A stretch of DNA of 64,000 bases from Mycobacteriales bacterium (GTDB lineage Bacteria > Actinomycetota > Actinomycetes > BP-191), in assembly GCA_035536235.1 (NCBI GenBank), contig DATLOQ010000119.1, forward strand, positions 9-64,008. The letters are read 5' to 3'. Made by a program: the position numbers and the translations under genes. Below the pieces are notes generated by a model. It was not told where the DNA came from, ran no database searches, and saw only the letters and a program-made list of their open reading frames with translations. This document shows positions 17,087-25,787 of this stretch, one piece after another; the first letter of the stretch is position 1; each line of letters begins with the position of its first letter.

Positions 17087-19185
17087 CCGCGGAGACCACA
17101 GGAGTGCAGGAGAGCGAGGTCGTCACGTCCGCCTTCGTCCGGTACGTCGACCTGCCCCGGCGCGCCGGGCGTGCTGCGCTGGTCACGCTGGACAACGGCT
17201 TCGATCACACCAAGCCCACCACGTTCGGGCCGGGTGGACTCCGCTCGATCGACGTCGCACTCGACGAGGTGCTGGGCCGCGAAGACCTCGTCGCCATCGC
17301 CGTGACCGGCAAGAAGTTCATCTTCGCGGTCGGCGCGGACCTCTCGGGAGTGCCCCAGATCACCTCGCGCGATCAGGCACGGGAGGTCGGCCGGCTGGGC
17401 CATCGGGTGTTCGCGCGACTGGCCGACTCCGCGGTGCCGACGTTTGCCCTGATCAACGGCGCGGCGATAGGCGGCGGCCTCGAGATCGCTCTCGCCTGTC
17501 ACTACCGCACCGTTTCGAGTGGCGCAGCGCCGATCGCGCTGCCGGAGTGCTTCCTCGGTCTGGTCCCCGGCTGGGGTGGTACGCAGCTCCTGCCGAACCT
17601 CATCGGCCCGGACAGCGCACTGCGGGTGATCGTGGACAACGCACTGAACTCGAACAAGACGCTGCGCGCCCCGCAAGCCCTCGATCTCGGCATCGCCGAC
17701 GTGATGTTCTCCCCCGCCGACTTCCTCGAGCGATCGCTCGAGTGGGTGGCCGACGTCGTGCACGGCGACGTCACCGTGAGCCGGCCGGCGATCGATCGGG
17801 GACCCGGGTGGGAGGAAGCCGTGGCCCGCGCCCGGGCCAGCGTCGACGCCCGCCTGCACGGTTCGGCACCCGCGCCACTGCGCGCGCTGGATCTCGTCGC
17901 ACTGGCCCGGACGGCGAGCCGCGAGGAAGGCTTCGCCGCCGAGGACGAGGCGCTGGCCGACCTGGTCATGGGCGACGAGCTCCGGGCCGGCCTCTACTCC
18001 TTCGACCTGACCCAGAAGCGGGCGCGACGTCCTGTCGGCGCCCCCCGCGAGGGCGCCCGGGCGATCACCAAGGTAGGCGTGGTCGGCGCCGGTCTGATGG
18101 CCGGCCAGCTGGCCCTGCTCTTCGCGCAGCGCCTCGAAGTGCCGGTGGTCCTCACGGACATCGACCAAGAGCGCCTCGACCGCGGCGTCGGCCACGTCCG
18201 TGACGAGATCGCCACGCTGCACACGAAAGGCCGCATCTCTGCCGACCGAGCGCGCCGGCTCCACGGCCTGGTAACGGGCTCACTGAGCTTCGACGCCTTC
18301 GCCGATGCGGACTTCGTGATCGAGGCGGTCTTCGAGGAGATGAAGGTGAAGCAGCAGGTCTTCGCCCAGGTCGAAGCAGCTGTCTCCGACTCCTGCATCC
18401 TGGCCACCAACACCTCCTCTCTGTCGATCACCGAGATGGCCTCACAGCTCTCGCACCCCGAGCGCGTTGTCGGCTTCCACTTCTTCAACCCGGTGGCCGT
18501 GCTCCCCCTGCTCGAGGTCGTCCGCGCCGAGAGAACGGACGACGCGACGCTGGCGACGGCGTTCGCCGTCGCGAAGTCACTGAAGAAGTCCGCCGTGCTG
18601 GTCAAGGACGCGCCCGCCTTCGTGGTCAACCGCCTGCTCACCCGCTTTCTGGGAGAGGTCACCCGAGCCGTCGACGAGGGCGCCCCCTTCGACGTCGCCG
18701 ACCATGCGCTCGACCCGCTCGGCCTGCCCATGTCGCCGTTCCTGCTGCTGGCCCTCGTCGGTCCAGCAGTGGGACTGCACGTCGCGAAGACCCTGCACGA
18801 GGCCTACCCCGACCGCTATTACGTCAGCGCCAACCTGGAGCGGCTCGTCGCCGCCGGCAAGCCGGGCATCTACACCTGGGGCGCCGACGGGCAGCAGGTC
18901 GACCCGGACGTGGCGGCGATGTTCGCGCCGCGGCCCGGGGCCCAGCCGCCGACGGGGGCCGAGGTACGTGACCGAGCTCTGGCGGCGCTGGCGCAGGAGA
19001 TCCGGCTCATGCTGGACGAGGGCGTCGTCGCCGAGGCACAGGACATCGACCTCTGCCTGCTGCTGGGTGCCGGCTGGCCTTTCCACAATGGCGGCATCAC
19101 CCCGTACCTCGATCGGACCGGGGTGTCCGAGAGGGTCAACGGCAGCCGATTCCTCCCGAGAGGCGTGGCCTCGCTCCCCGCCTGA
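17083..19185 (+). CDS. fadB: Bifunctional enoyl-CoA hydratase / 3-hydroxyacyl-CoA dehydrogenase
   Basis: 700 aa. N-terminal crotonase fold (FIFAVGADL...NGAAIGGGLEIALAC). Rossmann motif VGVVGAGLMAGQLA. HFFNPVAVLPLLEV. The start overlaps the fadA stop as GTGA. Confidence 0.85.
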   Translation: MTAETTGVQESEVVTSAFVRYVDLPRRAGRAALVTLDNGFDHTKPTTFGPGGLRSIDVALDEVLGREDLVAIAVTGKKFIFAVGADLSGVPQITSRDQAREVGRLGHRVFARLADSAVPTFALINGAAIGGGLEIALACHYRTVSSGAAPIALPECFLGLVPGWGGTQLLPNLIGPDSALRVIVDNALNSNKTLRAPQALDLGIADVMFSPADFLERSLEWVADVVHGDVTVSRPAIDRGPGWEEAVARARASVDARLHGSAPAPLRALDLVALARTASREEGFAAEDEALADLVMGDELRAGLYSFDLTQKRARRPVGAPREGARAITKVGVVGAGLMAGQLALLFAQRLEVPVVLTDIDQERLDRGVGHVRDEIATLHTKGRISADRARRLHGLVTGSLSFDAFADADFVIEAVFEEMKVKQQVFAQVEAAVSDSCILATNTSSLSITEMASQLSHPERVVGFHFFNPVAVLPLLEVVRAERTDDATLATAFAVAKSLKKSAVLVKDAPAFVVNRLLTRFLGEVTRAVDEGAPFDVADHALDPLGLPMSPFLLLALVGPAVGLHVAKTLHEAYPDRYYVSANLERLVAAGKPGIYTWGADGQQVDPDVAAMFAPRPGAQPPTGAEVRDRALAALAQEIRLMLDEGVVAEAQDIDLCLLLGAGWPFHNGGITPYLDRTGVSERVNGSRFLPRGVASLPA

Positions 19186-19210
19186 TCCGCCCGCCGGCGG
19201 GGAAGCCAGC

Positions 19211-20440
19211 TCAGCCGACCTGCCAGCTCGCCGTCTCGACGAGCAGCTCCGCGCGGGGATGGGTCGGCAGGACCCACGGCGTCGTGTCGGCGACCTGCAC
19301 CTCGACGGTGAACGCGCCCCGTGGTCCCGCCTCCGTGCGGAGATCGAGCTCGGTCACGTCCCGGGCGACAACGCGACCGTCGATCGACCACGTGATGCGC
19401 AGCGTGCCGACTCGTGGCGTGGTGATACGCAAGGTCGCGCCGCGCCGCGCGGCGGCAGCCGGGGAAGCAGTCAGCAAGGGTCGGGCGAGCTCGTAGAAGC
19501 CGAGGACCATCTCCTCCCGACCGACGACGTTGAACTCGCGGCCGAGCGACCGCATGATCGAATTGGCACTGGGCCGGTAGTAGACAACCGGGTTGTAGCG
19601 GCCGCCGAGGTGGCTGCCGATCGTCCCTCCGTCCGGCGTGGACTGGCCGAACCAGCGCCACCACTTCAGCTGCTGCGGCACCATGACCTGCTCCGGGTAG
19701 ACCGTGGCGTTGGCCTCCGGTGCATCGCCGACGTGTGGAATGAGGTAAGGGCTGTCGTACTCGTCGGCGAGCTTGCCGATGGAATGTCCTAGCTCGTGGA
19801 TGGCGACCTGCCCGGCCTTGGCGTGGCCGCCGGATGCGGTAGCGACCTTGCCGCCGGCCCCGCCGTACTTGGCGCTGTTGCCGAGGGCCAGGACGTGGTC
19901 GACGTCAGGCACGAGCTCTTCCGCGGCGGCCAGTGCCTTGCTCTGGTTGACACAGAGCAGACGCTCAGTGCCATTGCACCAGAACTGCATGTCCAGCACG
20001 GTGTCGCGCGAGGTGCCGGGCAACGGGTCGTTGTCGACCCCGGACTCGGCCGAGACCACCTCGACCAGCCAGACGTTGAACACACCGCGGTAGCTGCGGA
20101 ACGGCTCGATCGAGAACAGCTCGTCCACTTTCGACGATGCATGCCTGTGGAACACGGGCTGCTCCGCCGCGGTGTAGCCGTCACCGACGACCACCAGGTC
20201 GAACGTCGTCTCGGCCGGCCCGGAGACCTGCAGCGGGACGACGCCGGTCGCCGCGGCCGCGGCCCGGCTTCGCTCTGCGGCGGACGTCTCGAGAGCCACC
20301 GGCACCCGCACACGCTCGATGCGGCCATCGGGACTGAAGACCTCGCGGACCTCATACGCCGGGGCCGCTGGCGGCTGCTCGGCGGCCGCCAGAGAGGACA
20401 CGGCGATGAGCGGCAGCGCGAAGACAGCGGCCAGCCTCAT
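19211..20440 (-). CDS. Secreted M64-family (IgA-peptidase-like) zinc metallopeptidase
   Basis: 409 aa, with a signal peptide. LVVVGDGYTAAEQ, LGNSAKYGGAGG and the zinc motif HELGHSIGKLADEY. Confidence 0.75.
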   Translation of the reverse strand: MRLAAVFALPLIAVSSLAAAEQPPAAPAYEVREVFSPDGRIERVRVPVALETSAAERSRAAAAATGVVPLQVSGPAETTFDLVVVGDGYTAAEQPVFHRHASSKVDELFSIEPFRSYRGVFNVWLVEVVSAESGVDNDPLPGTSRDTVLDMQFWCNGTERLLCVNQSKALAAAEELVPDVDHVLALGNSAKYGGAGGKVATASGGHAKAGQVAIHELGHSIGKLADEYDSPYLIPHVGDAPEANATVYPEQVMVPQQLKWWRWFGQSTPDGGTIGSHLGGRYNPVVYYRPSANSIMRSLGREFNVVGREEMVLGFYELARPLLTASPAAAARRGATLRITTPRVGTLRITWSIDGRVVARDVTELDLRTEAGPRGAFTVEVQVADTTPWVLPTHPRAELLVETASWQVG

Positions 20441-20481
20441 CCAGGCGGCTTCGGCACGCGCCCGGCGATTCCTTGTCGGGT

Positions 20482-20505
20482 CTGCTGTCGGGTTGCCGAC
20501 AGCAG
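20482..20505 (-). terminator. Hairpin immediately after the HEPN stop codon
   Basis: CTGCTGTCGG (20482..20491), loop GTTG, CCGACAGCAG (20496..20505). 10-bp perfect stem ending 2 nt from the stop at 20508. It separates the HEPN gene from the M64 gene. Confidence 0.55.
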
Positions 20506-20507
20506 GC

Positions 20508-20954
20508 TCAGGCGCCTGGGCGCAGGAGCGGCAGGGCCTCCTGATGGGTGACCCGCAGGACCGACTCGGCGACGTGCAGGAACGTCTCGGCGTCGCGCAG
20601 CAGGTCGTCGGCCTCTCGAGCGCTCACCTGCCCGACCAGCCCGGCCTCCGCGGCGGCTCTCTTGCGGGCTCCGGCCGCGAAGAAGCTGGCCCATTCGGCC
20701 AGCTCAGGAGCCACCCGGCTGAGCAGCACCCACACGCTGATGGGGCGACGTCGGGAGCCCGCGCGCTGGTCAGGCTGCGCCTTGGCCGCCACCACCGCAG
20801 CCGCCGCGCGCAGCGCGGCGAGGTGGGCGGCGGCGTAGCGCTGCGCGGCGTTGGGTGCCATCGCAGCCTCGGCGACCCCGCGCCGGGACAGCCCGAGCAG
20901 GCCGGCACTGTCTGGGCCGGTCCCGGCGCGAGCAGTGATCGACGCGACGGTCAC
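20508..20954 (-). CDS. SAV_6107-family HEPN-domain protein (148 aa), monocistronic
   Basis: ORF 20508..20975, trimmed to GTG 20954, which lies 4 nt after GGAGGTG. Ala-rich helical protein with AQRYAAAHLAALRAAAAVVAAKA and a HEPN-type Rx4-6H motif (RDAETFLH). Family recognised from memory. Confidence 0.7.
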   Translation of the reverse strand: MTVASITARAGTGPDSAGLLGLSRRGVAEAAMAPNAAQRYAAAHLAALRAAAAVVAAKAQPDQRAGSRRRPISVWVLLSRVAPELAEWASFFAAGARKRAAAEAGLVGQVSAREADDLLRDAETFLHVAESVLRVTHQEALPLLRPGA

Positions 20955-21148
20955 GAAGCACCTCCAGGAACGCACCAGCGGAGCAGCGGGCTCGAGCGGC
21001 CGCCGGCCCGGGTGACGCGCTTCCCCACGCGCCCCCGAGCCGGCAGGTCCCGGCCGGCGGCCGCCCAGGGTCGAGACTGGGCAGCCGACCGGCCAAGAAA
21101 CCTCCGCTCACCGGCGGACGCGCCCCGCGAGAGCCCGCCGTCGGTTGA

Positions 21149-21164
21149 TCGAACAGACGTTCGA
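21149..21164. promoter_or_regulatory. LexA SOS box, perfect match to the mycobacterial/actinobacterial consensus TCGAAC-N4-GTTCGA
   Basis: TCGAACAGACGTTCGA, read directly. It lies in the divergent region between the HEPN gene and the crtA-like gene. No second full copy was seen elsewhere in the window by eye. Confidence 0.7.
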
Positions 21165-21173
21165 CCATGCTGG

Positions 21174-21204
21174 AGAGTAAAGCCTGGGTGGGACAAACCG
21201 TCAA
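21174..21204 (-). promoter_or_regulatory. Candidate sigma-A-type promoter reading toward the HEPN gene
   Basis: Minus strand: TTGACG (21204..21199), 19-nt spacer, TACTCT (21179..21174). The SOS box begins 9 nt downstream of the -10 hexamer, over the predicted start site. The spacer is longer than optimal. Confidence 0.4.
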
Positions 21205-21215
21205 CCCCGCTCCCC

Positions 21216-21221
21216 TACGCT
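21216..21221 (+). promoter_or_regulatory. -10-like hexamer TACGCT, 6 nt before the crtA-like ATG (leaderless-transcript candidate)
   Basis: TANNNT pattern followed by GGGTCG and then ATG 21228. No Shine-Dalgarno sequence. Confidence 0.35.
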
Positions 21222-21227
21222 GGGTCG

Positions 21228-21959
21228 ATGCCAGATTTCGCCGGGCAGCCGGCTGTCGAGAGCGCCCCGCTGGTGGTGCTCCAGGTCTGGACCGTGGCAC
21301 TGTCCTCGGTGCCCCATGCCATCGCGCGGATGGCCCTGGACCGCCGACCCTTGCGTAGGACTCCCGGGCTGAGCTTCAGCAAGCTGCTGGGCACCGGCGA
21401 CGGGCAGAGCTTCACCGTGCGCGACGCCGACGTCCGCCGGTGGGGGCTGCTGTCTGTCTGGGCCTCCGACGCGGCGTACGACGACTTCCGCAGGTTCTCG
21501 GCCGTCCCCCGACGATGGACGCGGATCGCCGTCGAGGAGTGGGCGGTGAGCCTGCGGCCCCTGTCCAGTCGCGGCGAGTGGTCCGGCCGGGCACCGTTCG
21601 GCGAGCCGATCCCACGGCGCTACGACGGTCCGGTCGCCGCGATCACCCGCGCCCGGATCCGACCCACGAAGGCAATGACCTTCTGGAAGTCTGTGCCGGC
21701 GGTATCCGCCGACCTGCGCACAGGCGCGGGACTGCGCTGGGCCCTCGGCATCGGCGAGGCCCCCATCGGTCTGCAGGGCACGTTCTCCCTCTGGGACGAC
21801 GCCGCGGCGCTGCGGGACTTCGCCTACGGGCGCGCTGCGCACACCACAGCGATCACCCGCACGGCGGAAGTCGGCTGGTACGCAGAGGAGCTCTTCGCCC
21901 GGTTCGCTGTCGAGGCGAGCTGCGGCACGGTGGACGGGCGAGATCCGGCGCGCGTCTGA
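21228..21959 (+). CDS. Spheroidene-monooxygenase-like (CrtA-family) carotenoid oxygenase
   Basis: C-terminal 243 aa of ORF 20319..21959, from ATG 21228 (MPDFAGQPAVES...). RRPLRRTPGLSFSKLLGTG and GTFSLWDDAAALRDFAY resemble Rhodobacter CrtA as I recall it. Confidence 0.65.
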   Translation: MPDFAGQPAVESAPLVVLQVWTVALSSVPHAIARMALDRRPLRRTPGLSFSKLLGTGDGQSFTVRDADVRRWGLLSVWASDAAYDDFRRFSAVPRRWTRIAVEEWAVSLRPLSSRGEWSGRAPFGEPIPRRYDGPVAAITRARIRPTKAMTFWKSVPAVSADLRTGAGLRWALGIGEAPIGLQGTFSLWDDAAALRDFAYGRAAHTTAITRTAEVGWYAEELFARFAVEASCGTVDGRDPARV

Positions 21960-22113
21960 GGGAATCGCTCGGTCTCGACAGGAGCGACTACGGGCCCGGG
22001 CAGCGCAGCGCCGCTGCCACCGCCGCCTGGCCGAGGCTGATCCCTCCGTCGTTGGGTGGGTGGATGCCCCTGCCGTCTCAGAAGCGGAGAGTAACGAACC
22101 CTGACGGAGTCCA

Positions 22114-22119
22114 TAGACT
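22114..22119 (+). promoter_or_regulatory. -10-like hexamer TAGACT, 8 nt before ATG 22128
   Basis: TANNNT pattern. No Shine-Dalgarno sequence between it and the start codon. Confidence 0.3.
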
Positions 22120-22127
22120 CGTCCGAC

Positions 22128-23720
22128 ATGCGCGACGTCGTGGTGGTCGGAGCGGGGCACAACGCCCTGGTGGCGGCGTGCTACCTCGCGCGTGAGGGGC
22201 TCGACGTCGAGGTAGTCGAGCGCAGCGATGTCGTCGGCGGGGCGGTCTCCACCGTCGAGCGCTTCCCGGGTTACCTGATGGATCGCGGCTCGAGCGCGCA
22301 CATCATGATCCGGCACACCGGCATTCTCGAAGAGCTGCGACTCGCCGAGGCGGGGTTGACGTACCAGGACCTCGACCCGTGGGGCTTCGCGCCGTACGGC
22401 GAGGAGAGCATCTACTTCTCCGTCGACCTCGACCGCACGTGCGCGTCCATCGAGAAGGTGTGCGGGAGTCAGGACGCCGACGCCTACCGCGCCTTCGTCG
22501 ACGACTGGGCCGACCGCAACGAGCGAGTGTTCAGCGCCTTCCAGGCACCGCCGACAGGCGCCAACCTCGGCCGGCACCTGTGGGGCATCGGCAAGAGCAC
22601 CGGGCTCTCCGGCATGGAGCTGTCCCGGCAGTTCCTGACCACCGCGGACCAGCTGCTCGACACCCACTTCGACGACGAGCGCCTCAAGACCGCCCTCGCC
22701 TGGATGGGCGCGCAGTCCGGCCCGCCGACCCATGAAGTGGCGACCGCTGACCTCGTCGGCTGGAACACCCTCATGCATCGTCGCCCCCCGGGGCATCCGG
22801 TCGGCGGCAGCGGCCAGCTCTCCGTCGCCCTGGCCCGCCGCCTGGCGACGTACGGCGGGGTGCTGCGACTGGGCGACGGCGCGGCGCAGATCCGCACGCA
22901 GGACGGGCGGGCGACCGGCGTACGCACCATGAGCGGAGACACGATCGAGGCCGGCATCGTGGTAGCCGGATGCCACGTGCTGACCACCGTTGGCCTGGTG
23001 GGAGACGACGCCTCGGCCGGTCCGCGATGGCAGGAGCTGGCGCAGCGCGCGCGCCGTACGGTGCGCACCGGCAACGGCATCGGCATGGTCGTGCGGCTCG
23101 GGACAACCGACCTGCCCCGATACACCGCGGCGGATCCGGCACAGGACGGCGCGGAGCACCGGGCCATGCAGCTCATCGCACCGGACCGGGTGGCGTTGCG
23201 ACGAGCCCACGGCGAGTTCAGTGCGGGCCTCCCGCCGACCCGCCCGGCGGCGTTGGCGATGACCTTCTCCGCATTCGACGACACCATCGCGCCGCCCGGA
23301 AAACATAACGTGACCGTCTGGGGGCAGTGGCATCCCTACGAGCTCTCCAACGGTGAGAGCTGGGACGGCATCCGCGAGCGGGAGGGGCAGAAGCTCGTCG
23401 ACGCCGTCGACGCCGTCGCGCCTGGCTTCGCCAGCTCGGTGGAGCACATGCACGTCCAGACCCCGCTCGACCTGGAGCGCGAGCTCGGGCTGGTGCGTGG
23501 GCAGGTGATGCACGTCGAGATGGCGCTGGACCAGATGTTCGGGTGGCGCCCGCTCCCGGAGCTCGCCGGCTACCGCACCCCGCTCGGCGGGCTCTACCTC
23601 ACCGGTGCGTCCACTCACCCCGGCGGCGGGGTCTTCGGCGCCAGCGGTCGCTCCGCGGCCCGCATCGTCCTCGCCGACCGCTCCCCCAGCCTCCTCACCC
23701 GCTTGCGCCCCCGCCGCTGA
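22128..23720 (+). CDS. CrtI-superfamily FAD oxidoreductase, CrtO-like size (possible carotenoid ketolase)
   Basis: 530 aa. VVVVGAGHNALVAACYLAREG...GGAVST dinucleotide fold. C-terminal LYLTGASTHPGGGVFG. The specific function is inferred from length and context only. Confidence 0.7.
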   Translation: MRDVVVVGAGHNALVAACYLAREGLDVEVVERSDVVGGAVSTVERFPGYLMDRGSSAHIMIRHTGILEELRLAEAGLTYQDLDPWGFAPYGEESIYFSVDLDRTCASIEKVCGSQDADAYRAFVDDWADRNERVFSAFQAPPTGANLGRHLWGIGKSTGLSGMELSRQFLTTADQLLDTHFDDERLKTALAWMGAQSGPPTHEVATADLVGWNTLMHRRPPGHPVGGSGQLSVALARRLATYGGVLRLGDGAAQIRTQDGRATGVRTMSGDTIEAGIVVAGCHVLTTVGLVGDDASAGPRWQELAQRARRTVRTGNGIGMVVRLGTTDLPRYTAADPAQDGAEHRAMQLIAPDRVALRRAHGEFSAGLPPTRPAALAMTFSAFDDTIAPPGKHNVTVWGQWHPYELSNGESWDGIREREGQKLVDAVDAVAPGFASSVEHMHVQTPLDLERELGLVRGQVMHVEMALDQMFGWRPLPELAGYRTPLGGLYLTGASTHPGGGVFGASGRSAARIVLADRSPSLLTRLRPRR

Positions 23721-23861
23721 TCGAGCCGCAGCAGCGACCAGCCAGACACGCAACCGGCGGCTCGGAGTCCTGCGTGGTGCTGAGGTGGCGGGTCGGTGGC
23801 GGGTGCCGGCTCCGGTTGTGTGGGGCTGTGGTCGCTCCCGTCTCGGGAGAGGCGCCTTGCG

Positions 23862-23867
23862 TATCGT
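23862..23867 (+). promoter_or_regulatory. -10-like hexamer TATCGT, 7 nt before ATG 23875
   Basis: TANNNT pattern followed by GCCTGCC and then ATG. No Shine-Dalgarno sequence. Confidence 0.35.
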
Positions 23868-23874
23868 GCCTGCC

Positions 23875-24645
23875 ATGTCTCGAACGACCGGGTTGCGTGG
23901 TACCTGGCTGCTCGCCGGACTCACCGTGCTGGCTCAGATCGGCTATCCGCTGACCTCCGGTACGGCGCGCGACCGGCTCACCGTCGCGACGGTGGCCTTG
24001 TTCTTCGCCACCTCGGTGACCCACGCGCTGATCACTCGGGGGGCCCGCTTCACGGCGGCCCTCGTCGGGGTGACGACGGGCGGCGGCCTGCTCGTCGAGG
24101 CGATCGGAGTGCGCACGGGCATCCCGTTCGGCGACTACGCCTACGCCGACTCCCTCGGCGCGAAGGTCCTCGGCGTGCCGGTCGTCATCCCGCTGGCGTG
24201 GACGATGATGGCCTACCCGGCGCTGCTGGTGGCTCATCGCGTGACGACCCGGCCGCTGCTCGAGGCCGTGCTTGCCGGGGCCGCCCTGGCCAGCTGGGAT
24301 CTCTTCCTCGACCCGCAGATGGTTGCCGCCGGGCACTGGATCTGGTCCGCGAGCGGCCCGTCGATCACCGGGATCCCCGTCAGCAACTACCTCGGCTGGC
24401 TGGTGGTCGCCACCGTCATGATGGGCTTGCTCCAGCAGCTCGTCAGGGACCGTGACGGCGGCGACGTCGCAGTCCCTTATGCGCTGTACCTCTGGACGTA
24501 CGCCTCGAGCGTGCTGGCCAACCTGGCCTTCTTCGGCCGGCCGCTGGTCGCCCTCGTCGGCGGGTTGGGCATGGGAGCTGTAGTGGCAATCTTCCTGCGG
24601 TCGACGCTGCACGCACCAGCTCGAGCTCGACTCGCCACTCCATGA
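23875..24645 (+). CDS. Carotenoid biosynthesis membrane protein (DUF422 / CruF-like hydratase family)
   Basis: ORF 23605..24645, trimmed to ATG 23875 (MSRTTGLRGTWLLAGLTVLAQIGYPL). FGDYAYADSLG, IPLAWTMMAYPA, SWDLFLDPQMV. Polytopic. Confidence 0.7.
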   Translation: MSRTTGLRGTWLLAGLTVLAQIGYPLTSGTARDRLTVATVALFFATSVTHALITRGARFTAALVGVTTGGGLLVEAIGVRTGIPFGDYAYADSLGAKVLGVPVVIPLAWTMMAYPALLVAHRVTTRPLLEAVLAGAALASWDLFLDPQMVAAGHWIWSASGPSITGIPVSNYLGWLVVATVMMGLLQQLVRDRDGGDVAVPYALYLWTYASSVLANLAFFGRPLVALVGGLGMGAVVAIFLRSTLHAPARARLATP

Positions 24646-25787
24646 GTCTTGCCGTGCGCGCCGCCTCCATTGGCGCCGCCGCCTTCGCCGTGCACGCCGC
24701 GGTCAACAGCCGCGCACTTCGCCGGCCACCGACGCCTTCCGACTCGGTAGGAGAGCGAGTCAGCGTGCTGCTGCCGGCGCGTGACGAGGCGACCCGCATC
24801 GGTCCGACGCTGCGGGCGCTGCTCGCCCAGACCGGTGTCCCTCGGCTGGAGATCCTCGTGCTCGACGACGGCTCCACCGACGCGACCGCGGACGTGGTGC
24901 GCGCCACGGCCGGCGACGACCCCCGGGTGCGCCTCATCGAAGGCGGCACCGAAGTCCCGGCCGGCTGGCTGGGCAAGCCGTGGGCTTGCGCGCGGCTGGC
25001 TGACGCGGCAGGTCCTGCCGCGACGGTGCTGGTGTTCCTCGACGCCGACGTCACCGTCGCGCCCGACGGACTGGCCCGCACCGTGGCCCTGCTCCGTGAC
25101 GCGCGGCTGCAGCTCGTCTCGCCCTATCCGCGCCAGCTCGCCGACGGGATCGGCCCGCGGCTGGTGCAGCCCCTGCTGCAGTGGTCCTGGCTGAGCTTCC
25201 TCCCGCTGCGCGCGGCCGAGCACTCGGCACGCGAGTCGCTCGCCGTAGCCAACGGACAGCTGCTCGCGGTCGACGCCGACGCGTACCGCACCTGGGGCGG
25301 GCACGCCGCCGTACGGTCCGACGTCATCGAAGACGTCGCGCTCGCCCGGGCGGCGAAGCGTCACGGCTACCGCGCCACCGTTGCTGACGGCACCGACATC
25401 GCCACCTGTCGGATGTACGACGACTGGCCCGCTTTGTGCGAGGGCTACACGAAGAGCCTGTGGGCTGCCTTCGGCTCCCCCGCCGGCGCGACCGCGGTGA
25501 TGTCGTCCCTCCTGGCCCTCTACGTGCTTCCCCCCGCCGCAGCAGTCAGCTCGCTGCTGCGCGGTCGGCCGCGCGCCGCCGTCGTACCGCTGCTCGGCTA
25601 CGCCGCCGGCGTGGCCGGGCGGCTGGTCAGCGCCCGCCGTACCGGGGGGCGTTCGCGCGATGCTCTCGCTCATCCGGCCTCGATCGCCGTGCTCGCCGGG
25701 CTGACCGCGCGGAGCTGGCACGCGCGACGCACCGGCACCTTGACCTGGCGCGGCCGATCCCTCGACGCCGCCAGCACTGCTCGCTGA
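24642..25787 (+). CDS. Family-2 glycosyltransferase (CrtQ/CruC-like carotenoid glycosyltransferase candidate)
   Basis: 381 aa. VSVLLPARDEA...EILVLDDGSTDAT, VFLDADV, VIEDVALAR. The start overlaps the upstream stop as ATGA (24642..24645). Confidence 0.75.
   Translation: MSLAVRAASIGAAAFAVHAAVNSRALRRPPTPSDSVGERVSVLLPARDEATRIGPTLRALLAQTGVPRLEILVLDDGSTDATADVVRATAGDDPRVRLIEGGTEVPAGWLGKPWACARLADAAGPAATVLVFLDADVTVAPDGLARTVALLRDARLQLVSPYPRQLADGIGPRLVQPLLQWSWLSFLPLRAAEHSARESLAVANGQLLAVDADAYRTWGGHAAVRSDVIEDVALARAAKRHGYRATVADGTDIATCRMYDDWPALCEGYTKSLWAAFGSPAGATAVMSSLLALYVLPPAAAVSSLLRGRPRAAVVPLLGYAAGVAGRLVSARRTGGRSRDALAHPASIAVLAGLTARSWHARRTGTLTWRGRSLDAASTAR

Noticed and set aside
20770-21168. ATG at 21168 overlapping the SOS box, opening a 133-codon frame (MVERLFDQPTAGSRG...) as a possible SOS-induced small protein or HEPN partner
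   Set aside because: The frame overlaps the HEPN gene out of frame. Third-position GC over the leader part is only about 74% by my count, versus clearly higher in real genes here. The peptide is low-complexity. I treat the region as an untranslated leader, but this should be re-examined with ribosome profiling.
20319-21227. Long N-terminal extension of the crtA-like ORF (546 aa in the track)
   Set aside because: The extension overlaps the M64 peptidase and HEPN genes on the other strand and has no CrtA-like similarity. Similarity begins at ATG 21228, which also has a -10-like hexamer in front. Comparable trims were made at 23605..23874, 25436..25786, 35543..35647, 9309..9803 and 13055..13297.
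21201-23924. 907-aa minus-strand ORF, the longest in this part of the track
   Set aside because: It runs antisense to three homology-supported genes (crtA-like, CrtO-like, CruF-like start). Its product is Arg/Gly/Ala/Pro-rich with no recognisable domain. This is the typical shadow ORF of a GC-rich genome.
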